A stretch of DNA of 64,000 nt from Podarcis erhardii (lineage: Eukaryota), in NCBI GenBank assembly GCA_964252035.1, contig OZ176201.1; one strand, written 5' to 3'. The notes beneath the pieces are model-generated. The model was given only the letters and a program-made list of their open reading frames with translations. It made no database searches and was not told where the DNA came from. The position numbers and the translations under genes are program-made. Every line of letters starts with the position of its first letter. Position 1 is the stretch's first letter. This document shows, piece by piece, positions 13,622 through 25,798 of this stretch.

Positions 13622-13642
13622 CAGTTTCTTCCTTTCTGCTAG

Positions 13643-13737
13643 GAATTTCTGCTAAAGACTTTCTGCGTATTTCGAAATCTGATGAAGATGAGTGTCTTTC
13701 CTCGGGATTGGATGGTGATGAGATTGCTCACCAGCAA
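13643..13737 (+). CDS. DOCK3: DOCK3 exon EFLLKTFCVFRNLMKMSVFPRDWMVMRLLTS(N)
   Basis: ctag|GAA, AA|gtgagt; 95 nt, phase 0-2. Confidence 0.95.
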
Positions 13738-13875
13738 GTGAGTACACACGTTATTTAGAATGATCAAATGTTTTGGGGTTTTTTTCCTGAAAATGGTGTG
13801 CTTTTTCTCTAGATGCAGGATTCTTGTCTGGAATTCACAGTGCTGTTTTTAAACCTTTAAAACAGGTGTGGCTAA

Positions 13876-14171
13876 CCAGTGTGGTGTAGTGGTTAAGAGC
13901 GGTAGTCTCGTAATCTGGGGAACCGGGTTCGCGTCTCCGCTCCTCCACATGCAGCTGCTGGGTGACCTTGGGCTAGTCACACTTCTTTGAAGTTTCTCAG
14001 CCCCACTCACCTCACAGAGTGTTTGTTGTGGGGGAGGAAGGGAAAGGAGAATGTTAGCCGCTTTGAGACTCCTGAAGGGGAGTGAAAGGCGGATATCAAA
14101 TCCAAACTACTACTACTCCTCCTCTTCTTCTTCTTCTTCTTCTTCTTCTTCTTCTTCTTCTTCTTCTTCTT
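13876..14171 (+). mobile_element. tRNA-derived SINE (Squam3-like) with (CTT)n tail
   Basis: Box A TGGTGTAGTGG, box B-like GGTTCGCGTC; near-identical second copy at 50467. Confidence 0.8.
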
Positions 14172-14746
14172 TGCCCCCCCCCCCCCGCCGCAATATTGCT
14201 GAACTACAAGTTTTATAACCCCTGCCTATAGACCATGTTGGTTTAGGCTGATGGAAGTCATAGTCTAAGGATATATGGAGGACCACACATTACCCACCCC
14301 TGCTTTAAAATTGTAACCTTTAAAGTTCTAGCAGGTTTGGGGGTGATATACCTTAGGGAGGCTTTTCTCTAACATGTGCCCACTCAGGTTATGATCTTTA
14401 AATGGGCCCAGGTTTGTGTGCCATCGCAGTCGTTAACAGAAATAGAAACAGAAATCGTCATGGTCCCCTTCTGTTTTGTGACATCCCTTCAGGTTACTAA
14501 GGACTGCAGCTCAGTGGAAGAGCACATGCTTTTCATGTAGAAGGTCTTGGGTTCAGTCTCACCTTCTCCAAGTAGGGTTGGGGAAGATTCTTGTCTGAAA
14601 GCCTGAAGAGCTGCTTTCAAGCAGTATAGAGCTAGATAGACCAATAGTCTGACAAATGGCCTAAAAAAACTTAAATGCTGGTTCAAATAAAGCATACTTG
14701 TGTGTTTACAAACATTTCCGCAATGTATTCTCTTTTCTTATTACAG

Positions 14747-14822
14747 TATAATAGTTACAACAGTTCAGTTTCTGTCCCCTGCACTGCACAAGAATTTCAC
14801 AGAAACAGATTTTGATTTTAAG
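14747..14822 (+). CDS. DOCK3: DOCK3 exon IIVTTVQFLSPALHKNFTETDFDFK
   Basis: ttacag|T, AAG|gtaagg; 76 nt, phase 2-0. Confidence 0.95.
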
Positions 14823-15205
14823 GTAAGGAATGCCGTTAACCCCTTTGTAATATTATCACATCCTTAGCATTGCATCTCTTTCCAGAAACAGCATATACCG
14901 TATTTTGAACTAATTGTTACATCTGAGTTGGTGCCATTGTGATTATGTTATGATTCCGTTTAACACCTTTGGAAGAATAAATTGATTTGGAGGTAAAATT
15001 TGTTTCTGCATGTTTGTGAACAAAGGATGTGTTCAGCTGTGTCCTGCTCAGGATAATCCCATTGGAATTAATGAACCTAAGTTAGTCAGGGCAATTAACT
15101 TCAATGGACCTACTCTGAATAGAACTAGCAAGGCTACCACACAAAGTTTACATCCAGTATACATATTTGTCTTTTATGATTAATCAATTTTTTCCTGATT
15201 TCTAG

Positions 15206-15306
15206 GTGTGGAACTCCTATTTCAGTTTGTCAGTCTTGTTTATAAATCAGCCCAGCCTGCAACTAGAATCTGTTACTCCAGCAAAGCGTAAAAAGATACT
15301 GGACAA
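15206..15306 (+). CDS. DOCK3: DOCK3 exon VWNSYFSLSVLFINQPSLQLESVTPAKRKKILD(K)
   Basis: tctag|GTG, AA|gtaagg; 101 nt, phase 0-2. Confidence 0.95.
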
Positions 15307-15713
15307 GTAAGGACATTTAATTTCCATCCTCAAGTGTTTGAGAAAAAAGGCTCATATTTATCACCCTATTTCTTATATATTACAAGAATGAGAAAAAGAA
15401 CCAAGAAAGACCTGAGATTCCATAAAATGCAATCTAACAGTCAAATCCAATGTTGTTTGAATGGGTTTCCCCTCTTTCTCTTCCCTCACTTCCCCAAGTC
15501 TGCGCCCAAGTGTTTGGAGCAAATGGAAGGAGGGGGAGCTGCAGGAAGGAAGAGAGGAAATTCCTACTGAGTGAGAGTCCATTCCACTTGTGCGTGGACA
15601 CCATTGCTTTTAATCCTAAATATTGCTTGTCCATTAAAGAAAACCTGTTTTGAATAGCTAATACTTTGCTGCATTTAATTCTCTCAAGGTCTGTGTCTTT
15701 GCCTCTGTTCCAG

Positions 15714-15772
15714 GTATGGTGACATGCGGGTGATGATGGCATATGAACTGTTCAGTATGTGGCAGAATCTAG
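15714..15772 (+). CDS. DOCK3: DOCK3 exon YGDMRVMMAYELFSMWQNL(G)
   Basis: ttccag|G, G|gtaaag; 59 nt, phase 2-1. Confidence 0.95.
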
Positions 15773-16333
15773 GTAAAGTTGCATTCCAATTTTATCTTAA
15801 CTTAAGATCTATATTTATTCCAAATATGTATCGTTTAGCCATAAGTATATAAGTATATCATACAATGGTACAATAAAATATAGTATACCACTTAAAATAC
15901 AATTAAAACAAAATAATAGTACAATCCATTACAATATCCAATATTTTCTACTGTAAAAATTATAACACTATCACAATAACACACACAGCAAAGAGAGAGA
16001 GATCCTACTCATTTCCAATTCCACTCAACATTATAACAGCAGAGTAGACAATTTATCTGCTATCTGACATTCTTCATCCACCTTCATTATTCTAAATCAT
16101 GCTGGCCATCCATCAACTATATGGGATTTGGCTCATTCCTTTCTGTCTAGGGCAATTATATACACTGCACTACAGCACTATATGTTCCAGAGTTTCAACA
16201 GCTGGTAGTCTGAATTTATATCAGCAGTGCTCCAGAAGAAACCCTCTGAAACATCCTAACGTAACTGCAGAAGTGAAACTATTATATCTTTCCAAGGTGA
16301 CTGAAATGTTGAATATGCAAGTTCTGCTCTGTA

Positions 16334-16500
16334 CAGTGGCGTAGCGTGGGGGGTGTAGGGGGGGCCGGCCGCACCGGGCGCAACATCTGGGGGGGCGCGC
16401 TCGCACTCGCAGCTCTCTGCCCCTACCTGGCTCACTCAGGATTAGGGGGCGCAAATTACTTGCCTTGCCCCGGGTGCTGACAACCCACGCTACGCCACTG
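16334..16500. mobile_element. hAT MITE
   Basis: Perfect 17-bp TIR CAGTGGCGTAGCGTGGG; perfect 8-bp TSD GCTCTGTA. Confidence 0.92.
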
Positions 16501-16845
16501 GCTCTGTACGGCAAATACGTGACGTCCTGACATCCAGTGTCAGGTAGAAGGGATGTGTTCTTTGGGCAGTATTCTCTGCCAACAACTCATAGAAATCCAA
16601 ATCAAAAATATGCTGACCCAACAAGTTTCAAACCTTTACTTTTTTTTATTGTATTGGAATGCAACATTGTGATCATGTTAAAAACACCCAGATTTTTTTT
16701 AAAAAAGGGTAAGCAAGTGGATTGACCTCTTGCACTGCCTGAATAATTGGATATTTTAAATTGGCAGAATGACGGTCTGTACGCGAGTGGCAAGAAAAGA
16801 TGCAAAGGGAACGGTATAAATACATTCATATTTTTCTGTTACCAG

Positions 16846-16994
16846 GTGAACATAAAATTCACTTTATTCCGGGAATGATTGGCCCCTTCCTCGGTGTTAC
16901 ACTGGTCCCACAGCCAGAGGTCCGTAACATCATGATCCCAATTTTTCATGACATGATGGACTGGGAGCAGAGGAAAAATGGCAACTTCAAACAG
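16846..16994 (+). CDS. DOCK3: DOCK3 exon EHKIHFIPGMIGPFLGVTLVPQPEVRNIMIPIFHDMMDWEQRKNGNFKQ
   Basis: accag|GT, CAG|gtaaga; 149 nt, phase 1-0. Confidence 0.96.
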
Positions 16995-18194
16995 GTAAGA
17001 AGTCTCTTTGGCTCTTTTAATGTCACAGTTTTTTTATTCATGATTGATTTACAGGAAGAAAGTTTTACATCTACAAAGGGAAGCATTATAGCTTTTTAAA
17101 TATTAAGCATGTATGAACAAATAAATATACGCACAATATTTGCAGATCTCCTGGAGGAGTTCTAAAATCCATTTTGGTTGCTCTTTCGCACTTTTTTTTT
17201 ATGAGAACAGAAAAGGCTAGAGCAAAGCTATCAAAAGTGGGAATGGGAACAGGGGAATAATTTTGGCACTGTATCTGCACTGCTGCTTCTCACTGGAGTC
17301 CCAAGGCACGTTGAGATGCCAGTTTTCTAGTGTGTTGCCACCACACTGCATGAGGCACCTGCATCTGAAATTCTCTTGTTTGTGAATTGCTGGAAGAGTG
17401 TTCTGTCACCAGCAAACTCAGCAAGCAAGAGGAAGAAATAGGCAGGGGGAAACGGAGGAAGAGAGACATGGAATGAAACGAGGGAGTTGCTGAGAAATGT
17501 TTGGGATGTGAAGAGAGAAAAGGATGGAAGATTAACAGAAGGATGGGATCAGAAAGCTCTGAAGCAACGCAGACAGAAAATGGGGTTCATTTTGGGAAGC
17601 AGTGAGAGCCATGTAGGATGTGGAAGCAGAGTAGAAGAGGGTAATGTCCATAGATAGAAGACAGCAGATAAAGTGTTAGGGTTGCAGAGAAGCATGTGGG
17701 AGGGGAAACTGAAAAAAGTGGGGTGTAGCAGGTGGGGGTTTAGAGACTGGTGCAGAGAAAGGAGAGAGTGTAATAAATGTTCCATAGATTTATTTATTTT
17801 AATTCCTCACTTGTTCTACTAAGAAATAAATAAATAAATAAACAAGCAACCCAGGGAAGAAGACAGTGTTACAAAAATAAAACAAGCCCATGTTACTTTT
17901 GACTCAGTCAAAAAAGACCTTGAATACTGTGGTGTGACAGTGTTAGAGACAAATGAGGCAAGTTATTCTCCAGGTTGAACTATTGTTTTACTACATTTAA
18001 ATTAGGTCAGTGCTGCTTTGGAAATGTTTTTATATGAAGGCAGAAATCATCCATCCTTTCATAAAAGCAGGCTTCCTGCAGAGCATAAGAGATGAACCAT
18101 AAAATATAATTTTCACAGCCTCCTTGATGTTTGGAATATATAAAGGCAGCTACTGTCTTTCCTCTCTAATACAGCTTCTTCCTCTCTAATACAG

Positions 18195-18280
18195 GTGGAA
18201 GCAGAATTGATTGATAAGCTTGACAGCTTGGTATCGGAAGGAAAAGGAGACGAGAACTATCGGGAGCTCTTCAGTCTGCT
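18195..18280 (+). CDS. DOCK3: DOCK3 exon VEAELIDKLDSLVSEGKGDENYRELFSL(L)
   Basis: tacag|GTG, CT|gtaagc; 86 nt, phase 0-2. Confidence 0.95.
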
Positions 18281-18499
18281 GTAAGCCTTACTTTTAATGT
18301 TACAGGAAACCTTTTACAAACACATAGAGAGAGTGGAAATCAAAATAAGGCATATATATATATGAAATGAACAAAGAGATCGTATTCCATCTCATAAATT
18401 ATTTTTATATCTCTTTTTTTCAAAGCGTTTAACCTATTTTGAATTACATTTGCATAATAGATGGCTGGATTTGTCCATTATTTCTGAGTTTTTATCTTT

Positions 18500-18790
18500 G
18501 TAACTTCAGGTGCCACTCCACAGTGCGTGGTGTCTGTAGCTTTTGGCCAGAAGGGACTGACTTTGCTTAGTGTTACATCTAAATCTGAGCTGGTGATTTT
18601 TCTTGCTCAGAAATGTACTGGGAGCTAGTGTAGATCCTTTAAGACTTGTGTTATATGGTCCTGGTAGCCGCTCCCAATCTGCATTCTGGATTAGTTGTAG
18701 TTTCTGAGTTACCTTCAAAGGTAGCCCCATGTAGAACGCATTGCAGTAGTCCAAGCAGGAGATAACCAGCGCATGTACAATTCTGGATGA
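18500..18790 (-). mobile_element. L2 LINE fragment
   Basis: Minus ORF IVHALVISCLDYCNAFYMGLPLKVTQKLQLIQNA. Confidence 0.8.
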
Positions 18791-19046
18791 ATACATTTAT
18801 TTTATAAAATTATTTCCATAGACGGAAATAAAAGGAAAATAAAAGAAAGGGAAATAAAAGAAAAGGAAATATTTGTATATATGTTTGGGATTACACTGAA
18901 AATAGTGTGCCCATTTTTTAATCAACTAGCAGCAGAATAGGGACAGACGCTACTCTTGGCATAGTACTTCCTTGGTATGAAGTAGTGATATCTTACCATC
19001 TTAATTCAGTACTCTCCTTGTCTTTGCTTCATGCAACATGGATCAG

Positions 19047-19073
19047 AACCCAGCTCTTTGGGCCCTACCCCAG
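19047..19073 (+). CDS. DOCK3: DOCK3 27-nt microexon TQLFGPYP(S)
   Basis: gatcag|AACCCAGCTCTTTGGGCCCTACCCCAG|gtaaga; symmetric phase 2-2; peptide matches recalled DOCK3 ...FSLLTQLFGPYPSLLEK... Confidence 0.9.
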
Positions 19074-19189
19074 GTAAGATAATTATTCAAGTTTGATGTA
19101 AAAGTGACTTTGATATTAAAATGGCTCCTGGGGCTGTTGAAGCTTTATAATATTCCCAAGGAAATCTTATACACTTTCATTTCATACAG

Positions 19190-19285
19190 CCTGCTGGAAA
19201 AGATTGAGCAAGAGACTTGGAGAGAGACTGGTGTTTCTTTTGTTACATCAGTTACTCGTCTGATGGAACGTCTCCTTGACTACAG
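19190..19285 (+). CDS. DOCK3: DOCK3 exon LLEKIEQETWRETGVSFVTSVTRLMERLLDY(R)
   Basis: atacag|C, AG|gtaatg; 96 nt, phase 2-2. Confidence 0.95.
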
Positions 19286-19847
19286 GTAATGTGATTATTT
19301 AACTTTCCTGGGTGTTTTTGTTTGTCTGTCTGACTTCATCTGTGCAATACTCTGCCTGATTGTTTTTTCATGATTTTTGCCTGCAGTTAAGTTTTCCTTT
19401 TACTATTGGGTTACTGTTTCATTGCTGGCTAAGTGACTCTGGAGTGTGGGCATAGTCTGGAGCCTAGCCTTGCTGATAACAAATTCTACCATGTGCAGTA
19501 GGGTCATCCTCAAAGGGGGTAACACCAACATCAATGTTCTCTTCAGGCCGTCATAGGGTGGGGACACCCCAATATCATTTAAGAACTGGAATTGAAGCCC
19601 TGTTATCCTGACCCAAGGCAAAGAGCCCAGGGGAGGGAGATTGGTTTGGTGGGGTCCCAGGACCAGAGGTCACAAGTCCAAGTTTAGTAACAAAATTCCA
19701 AGATGGCATGTGAGCTGTGAAGTTGTTCCAACAAGTTTTCCTGGCTATCCACCAAGCTTTTCAGTAGAGGCGGAGATCCCAAGCTACTTACGAGAATACT
19801 TGCTGTTATGGCAATTCCTTGTCTGAAGGTAAGTGCTACATCTAGAG

Positions 19848-19984
19848 CAGGCATGGCCAAACTTGGCCATCCAAATGTCTTGGGACTACAATTCCCATCA
19901 TCCCTGACCACTGGTCCTGTTAGCTAGGGATGATGGGAGTTGTAGGCCAAAAACATCTGGAGGGCCAAAGTTTGGCCATGCCTG
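19848..19984. mobile_element. hAT MITE with internal hairpin
   Basis: TIR CAGGCATGGCCAAACTT; perfect TSD ATCTAGAG; related copy at about 21557-21686. Confidence 0.92.
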
Positions 19985-20974
19985 ATCTAGAGGGATGTGT
20001 CTCTCCATGGGAGATAATGCTGGATGCACCTCCACCTCTAATTCCTCCCACTCTTGTCGCATCAGCCCACACCCTACAGTCCCCTCCACCCCCCAGGTGG
20101 AAAGCAGCTTCCACACTCTGACAGCCTGCCACCAGTACAGGTGGAGGAGAGGAAGTCTCTGGGACTCCTGCTTCAACTGCAGTCAGGCACATCCAGAGGC
20201 AGAAGGGTTGCTCCCATCACTTGACCTCTACTCTGTTTTCTCATCACCCTCTCCCTCACATTCATCATCCTGGCCCTATAGTGCCTACCACCCCTGGTCT
20301 GAAGCAGAGTTCTTGGAGGGGATCATGGCCAGAGCTATGCTAATGCTTCTTGTGGTGGCTGTAGGCAGGGTGGGTACTTGTATATTCTGAGTGGAGGAGC
20401 TGATTACCTCCTGGGGAAGAAGCCTAGATATCTGGTCTCTGTCCCCCTTCTCAGCCCTTCCATTCATCCAACAATTCACTGCGGCTTATTTGCTGATCTA
20501 TTGTCATTTCTAATTGATGCCATAAAAAGGTCAGTCCATAACAAGGCAAGAAGTTGTCACTTTTTAGTATTTTCTACAATAGCTGGTTCTTTATTGTATT
20601 AAATGAATGCCCTTATAATCTTTTAAACAAAAACAAAAAAAACCTGGAGAACACAATGAAGTTTTTAATCTCTCCTGAAGCAATGCCTTGCCATTTCAGA
20701 GCACTTTATGAACTTGGCATTATCTTGGAGCCAATCATTCTAAAGCTAGAAGGCATGGGTAGGGTTAGTGTCTGAAATGGTGATCACCTGAGAACCCTGT
20801 GTTGACTGCCTTGAGTTCTTTCATGGAAGGAAGGAAGGATATGAATGTAATAAGTTAATAATAATAAAATCAATTTATTTTTAGGTTGTATATCTCCCAG
20901 CTCTCCCTTGTCTTAAACTTTATCCATTTTTCCCCAAACATAAATTTTGAAATATGACTGTTGTCTTTTTTTAG

Positions 20975-21035
20975 GGACTGTATGAAAGGAGATGAAACAG
21001 AGAACAAGAAAATTGGTTGCACTGTTAACCTTATG
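20975..21035 (+). CDS. DOCK3: DOCK3 exon DCMKGDETENKKIGCTVNLM
   Basis: ttttag|G, ATG|gtgagt; 61 nt, phase 2-0. Confidence 0.95.
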
Positions 21036-22992
21036 GTGAGTTTTATTTTGCTTTTGTTGTTCATTCTAAAATAATTCTTTTTTCAGGTTTCAAAGTAGCA
21101 ATGCAGAAAATTGCTGAATTATCCAGCAGAGAATTACTGAAGAACAACTACCTGCCTTTGTTTCAAAAAATAAATAAGATTGCTTCAGTGTAATGTTCAG
21201 GTGGTTGTGTGAAACTACTGACATAGACTAGTCAATATGTACTTTGCATGTGATGCCTTCTTGAGAAAGTGAATGTCACATTTGACTTTAAATGATTTTG
21301 AGCCAGTAGTAGTCACAAGATTATTTCTTACTTATCAATTGCTGGTGCTTCTTTGATTCCCGCCAGAGAAATGTGATTAGAGATTTTTGGATCTCGAACC
21401 ACAAAACAGATTTTCTCTGGAATGTTTTGGTTTACATTCAGAAAATGTTGCCATGCTCTCTCAGGGCATGTGCTTGAATCACTTGTTCATAGTCATGGAA
21501 TTAGTGCTTCTGCAAATCAAATGCCTAGGCGAAAAGTAACTCGCATGTGCTAGGACTAGGGTTGCCAATGTGGTACCCTCCAGATGTTGGTGGACTACAA
21601 CTTCCGTCATCCCTAGCCAGCGTAACCAATGATGAGGGATGATGGGAGTTGCAACATCTGGAGGGCATCATGTTGGCTACATCTGCCTAGGATTTCTTTC
21701 TGTGACCCTGCCTCTATGCTGCCAGAGAGCAGGCTGGTCATAGATTAGAGGCCCATATAAAGTGCATGCAACAAAAATACCTTATGATCCTTGATGGAAG
21801 TGTAACAAAAGTGTAATTAGAAAAATAGCATTTACTGGCTTATTAGGAATTTGTTGATCCTTGCAAATCTCTTGCCCACTCACTCCCCGGCTCAAGTATA
21901 TAATATGAGTCCCAGTGTAACACCCTTAATGGCCTAGCTTAGAATATATGGTAAAAACCTGAACTAAGATTAGCATTTAATCCCCTGAAAATTGTAAATC
22001 TTAAGAGTACTTTTTCAGTGAAACTTCAGTTCAGATATAACACTACACCATGATTTAGCATTATGAGAACAAGTCACAGCAGACCTTGGGCTTGCACGTG
22101 CTCTCTTTCTGTTAGAGGTTACCAACCATAACCGCTTCCCAAAGTGTCTAGCAGAGTTTTCCTGGCTGCAGTCGACAAGAACTATAGTCACACTCGAATG
22201 CACAGTCAATAATTACTTTATGCAAGCATTTGGTTATACAAGCATTTTCTTTTACTACTATCTACAAACTATTTACAGTCCTTCTTCCTCTCCTCGGCAC
22301 AGTATAGTAATAAACTGTCCTGATACTGCAAACTCATAGTATCAGCAGCACACTTTACCATACATCCAAACTCACTGTAAGCATGAATACTAACAGCGTA
22401 TGTGTGCTCTCCTTGTGCCTCAAATTGCAAACTCAACTTCCTCCCTTTAATTGAATCTCCAGCTGACACCAATTAAGTTTGGAGTGCCACTCCCACACAT
22501 TGAAGAAACTTCTGCAATGCTTTATAAAGTTTCCAGGAACTATTAATCTGTTTCGTGAAGAATTTATTCCTAACACTTCCTGTGCAGCAGAAGGACACGG
22601 AAACAATTGAAAACATCCACTTTTAGTTTTGAATGATTAGCAATTTTTATCACATCTGAACTAGGTAAACTGGTTAATTTTAGCAGTGGTTAGTTTGAAC
22701 AAACCAGGATCATGCCTTGATTTCCAATCTTGATTTGTACAGTTACAATAAATCACAGTGTATCAAGTTCAAACTTAACTGTGGATTATTCAAAACTAAA
22801 AGTGGGAAGGTATTGGTGTTCTCCCCTAATTCATGAAAGTAGATTATATGTTGGGAGGACTGGCACATAAGCTCAGCGCTCACCAAGCTAAAACATGGTA
22901 TAGCACTATGTAGCAAGAGTGATAACTGCTTAAGTCTCTAAAGATATACTAAACAATGAAAGTGGTTTTCTGAATTTTTTTATTTCCATTAG

Positions 22993-23086
22993 AACTTTTA
23001 TAAATCTGAAATTAATAAGGAAGAAATGTATATTCGCTACATCCACAAGTTGTGTGATATGCACTTGCAGGCTGAAAACTACACAG
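22993..23086 (+). CDS. DOCK3: DOCK3 exon (start of DHR2) [31 protein letters not shown](E)
   Basis: cattag|AAC, G|gtaagt; 94 nt, phase 0-1. Confidence 0.96.
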
Positions 23087-23893
23087 GTAAGTATGGAAGG
23101 AAGCTTTCTTCAAATATTCTCTATTGTCATCTTTAAATGTGTATTTTAAATCCTTTGTGGTTTAATTGCACTTAGAAAAGAAGTTAAGTAATATTTTAAA
23201 TTGCAAATATTTAAATCAAGCCTTGGTCACATGGCATATGCATATAATAACATGCTGCTGTTACTTGAACAACATCACAGTGACCAGTATTAACTTTTCT
23301 TACTATAGCAGATCCTGTATGAGTGAGTAAGGGAGTTAAAATCAAAAGTGTACAGCATGTGTATCGTGTTTTCAAAGGGTGCTTTGATGACTTTGGAAAA
23401 TGCCACAGTTCTGAATTTCTGTAAGCACTTTTGAACTGATTGTCCTTTTCATTCATTTAAATCACCGTCGTATCTACATAAAAACATGTAGCACAGAAGT
23501 AAGCAATATGTTCAACAATGAGACCATTTGTACAGATCCTGCTAATTTACTACTGTATTTAGTTTCTTAAATAATTGAGAATGGTGAAGATTTCATAACT
23601 TTAATCAAGATAAATAAATGATAACAATATGAAAAAGCAATAGATAAATAAGGCAAGACGTGATTTATATTAGTTCAAGACTTACGTGTTAATTTGGGAG
23701 TTAATTACTTTCATGACAATGAGTTCATTGATTCACATTTCTTAGAGTCAAGCTCTCTGATGTGCTGAGGATTAGAATTTTTTACTGAACTTGTTTTCTT
23801 GCAGTGGTCATGATCACGTGCATAATATTGTGTTTGAACTGAAATGCATTTGAATATTTTTGTTCATTGTTTATTCCTTTGCTATTTCGACAG

Positions 23894-24042
23894 AGGCTGC
23901 CTTTACATTGCTCTTATACTGTGAGCTGCTTCAGTGGGAAGAGAGGCCTCTTCGGGAGTTCCTGCACTACCCTTCTCAGACAGAGTGGCAGCGTAAAGAA
24001 AACCTTTGCCGAAAAATTATCCACTATTTTAATAAAGGGAAG
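23894..24042 (+). CDS. DOCK3: DOCK3 exon AAFTLLLYCELLQWEERPLREFLHYPSQTEWQRKENLCRKIIHYFNKGK
   Basis: gacag|AG, AAG|gtatgc; 149 nt, phase 1-0. Confidence 0.96.
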
Positions 24043-24270
24043 GTATGCAAAAAATAATGCTAATTTTTCTGTAGCTTCATTGTTACTTTTGGATAGAAGT
24101 ATGGATAGAAGTAGATGGTATAGAAAATGCCTGACTTCCCCCCTTTTTTGTGTGTGTGTCTATATTCAGTCCTTGGGGTCACAAACTATTAAAGTTTTCA
24201 ACTCTTGAGTTGTAAGTCTTATCTGTCTGAAAATCCAACTTGGCCTGAGTTTTTCGCTTTCCTGTTTCAG

Positions 24271-24357
24271 AGCTGGGAATTCGGAATCCCATTGTGCAGA
24301 GAGCTTGCTATTCAATACGAAAGCTTATATGATTATCAAAGCCTCAGCTGGATTCGG
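24271..24357 (+). CDS. DOCK3: DOCK3 exon SWEFGIPLCRELAIQYESLYDYQSLSWIR
   Basis: tttcag|AGC, CGG|gtaggt; 87 nt. Confidence 0.96.
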
Positions 24358-24674
24358 GTAGGTGGAAATTATATTGATTTGTATTTAATAATTTAACAGT
24401 AAGCAAGATTGCACTCTAATGTTCAGGTGATTTAAATGAAAATTACTTGCACACAGCATCTTTCCTATGAAAACACAGGGTCCTCTATAGATTTATATTC
24501 CTAGTATACGTGACTAATAATTTTGGTGTTTCACAGGATCATAGTTTACTTCTTAATGTGTTTTGAAAATCTTTGATGGACAGCACCAAATGATACCAAA
24601 GTGTTTTCAGACGGTTATTCCTGTTGTAACAGTAATTGCACTTCTAATATGTTTTTTTAAATTTCTATTCACAG

Positions 24675-24779
24675 AAAATGGAAGCTACCTATTATGATAA
24701 TATAATGGAACAGCAACGGTTGGAGCCTGAATTTTTCAGAGTTGGCTTTTATGGAAGGAAATTTCCCTTCTTCCTTCGG
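24675..24779 (+). CDS. DOCK3: DOCK3 exon KMEATYYDNIMEQQRLEPEFFRVGFYGRKFPFFLR
   Basis: cacag|AAA, CGG|gtaagc; 105 nt. Confidence 0.96.
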
Positions 24780-25044
24780 GTAAGCCCATTCAACATTTGC
24801 ATTAATCTATGAATTATACGTGCAATTTACAAATAAAGGAGTTTTGTGTACAATTGATTTTTATTTATTTGTTGACAAGTAGGAAATATCTGCTAGGTTT
24901 TTGTTCAGTTTAGTTTCAAAGCAGATTGCTGTTTACTTCAATGCAGCGGTAAAGAACAGCTTTTCACAGTTAAAACCATGGAGAGACCTGGTCTGAACAA
25001 AGACATTGGATTCTTATCTCATTATACATGACAAAGCCATTTTT

Positions 25045-25345
25045 CACCTTCTCACCCCTTGCTTTTTCCTGTAAGACCTATTGCAGTCGTTAAGAGTCGT
25101 CAACAGGCTCATCACAGCTATCTGCCAATCACCCATTCCCACCACCCTTCTGAGTAATACCCCTCCCCACCTTCTCACTATATAGAAGGGTCTGGTGACT
25201 TCTGTTTCAGTGTATCTGAAGAAGTGTGCATGCACACGAAAGCTCATACCATGAACTAACTTAGTCGGTCTTTAAGGTGCTACTGGAAGGAATTTTTTTA
25301 TTTTGTTTTGACAATGGCAGACCAACACGGCTACCTATCTGTAAC
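25045..25345 (+). mobile_element. Penelope-like element terminal (pLTR) fragment
   Basis: Signature ctgaagaagtgtgcatgcacacgaaagctcata...tagtcggtctttaaggtgc, recognised as the reptile Penelope terminal motif. Confidence 0.75.
25212..25249 (+). ncRNA. Minimal type I hammerhead ribozyme motif
   Basis: GTAT-CTGAAGA-A-GTGTGC-AT-GCACAC-GAAA-GC-TC-ATAC: stem I, core, stem II, GAAA, palindromic AGCT in place of stem III; predicted cut after C25245. Confidence 0.75.
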
Positions 25346-25798
25346 TGGAGCTTTTCACAGTGAAAGTGTTGGGGGAGGGGGAGCACTTGCACACAGAGCT
25401 TTATCCTGTGAACCGCCCTGAGACCTACGGGTATATTTATTCATTATTATTATTGTGCACCTATGCCTAGAAAGCAGCACAAAAGGAAGTCTGAATGGGT
25501 CTTTAGTTGACCTCCCTGAACTGTATATTAGATTTTATTGTTGATGCTGTTATGTTGTTTAACATTATTATACATAACTTAACCTGAGATGAGTGATGAT
25601 TAGGGCCAGGCTTGAAATCCTTTAAATAAATCAATAGCATTTAAACATTTTTTTGTGGATCACTCAATGCTTTGGTTTACCATAACTTCACACAAGAGTA
25701 TTATTTTCAATTAATTTTCTGTTACCTACAATGAAAAGAAAGCTAAGATGACATAGTAGGGATTTATTGGCTTCCACACCTCTTTCTTTCCTTTGTAG

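Noticed and set aside
13876-13950. tRNA-like A/B boxes
   Set aside because: SINE head: no acceptor stem or full cloverleaf, and it continues into a SINE body and tail.
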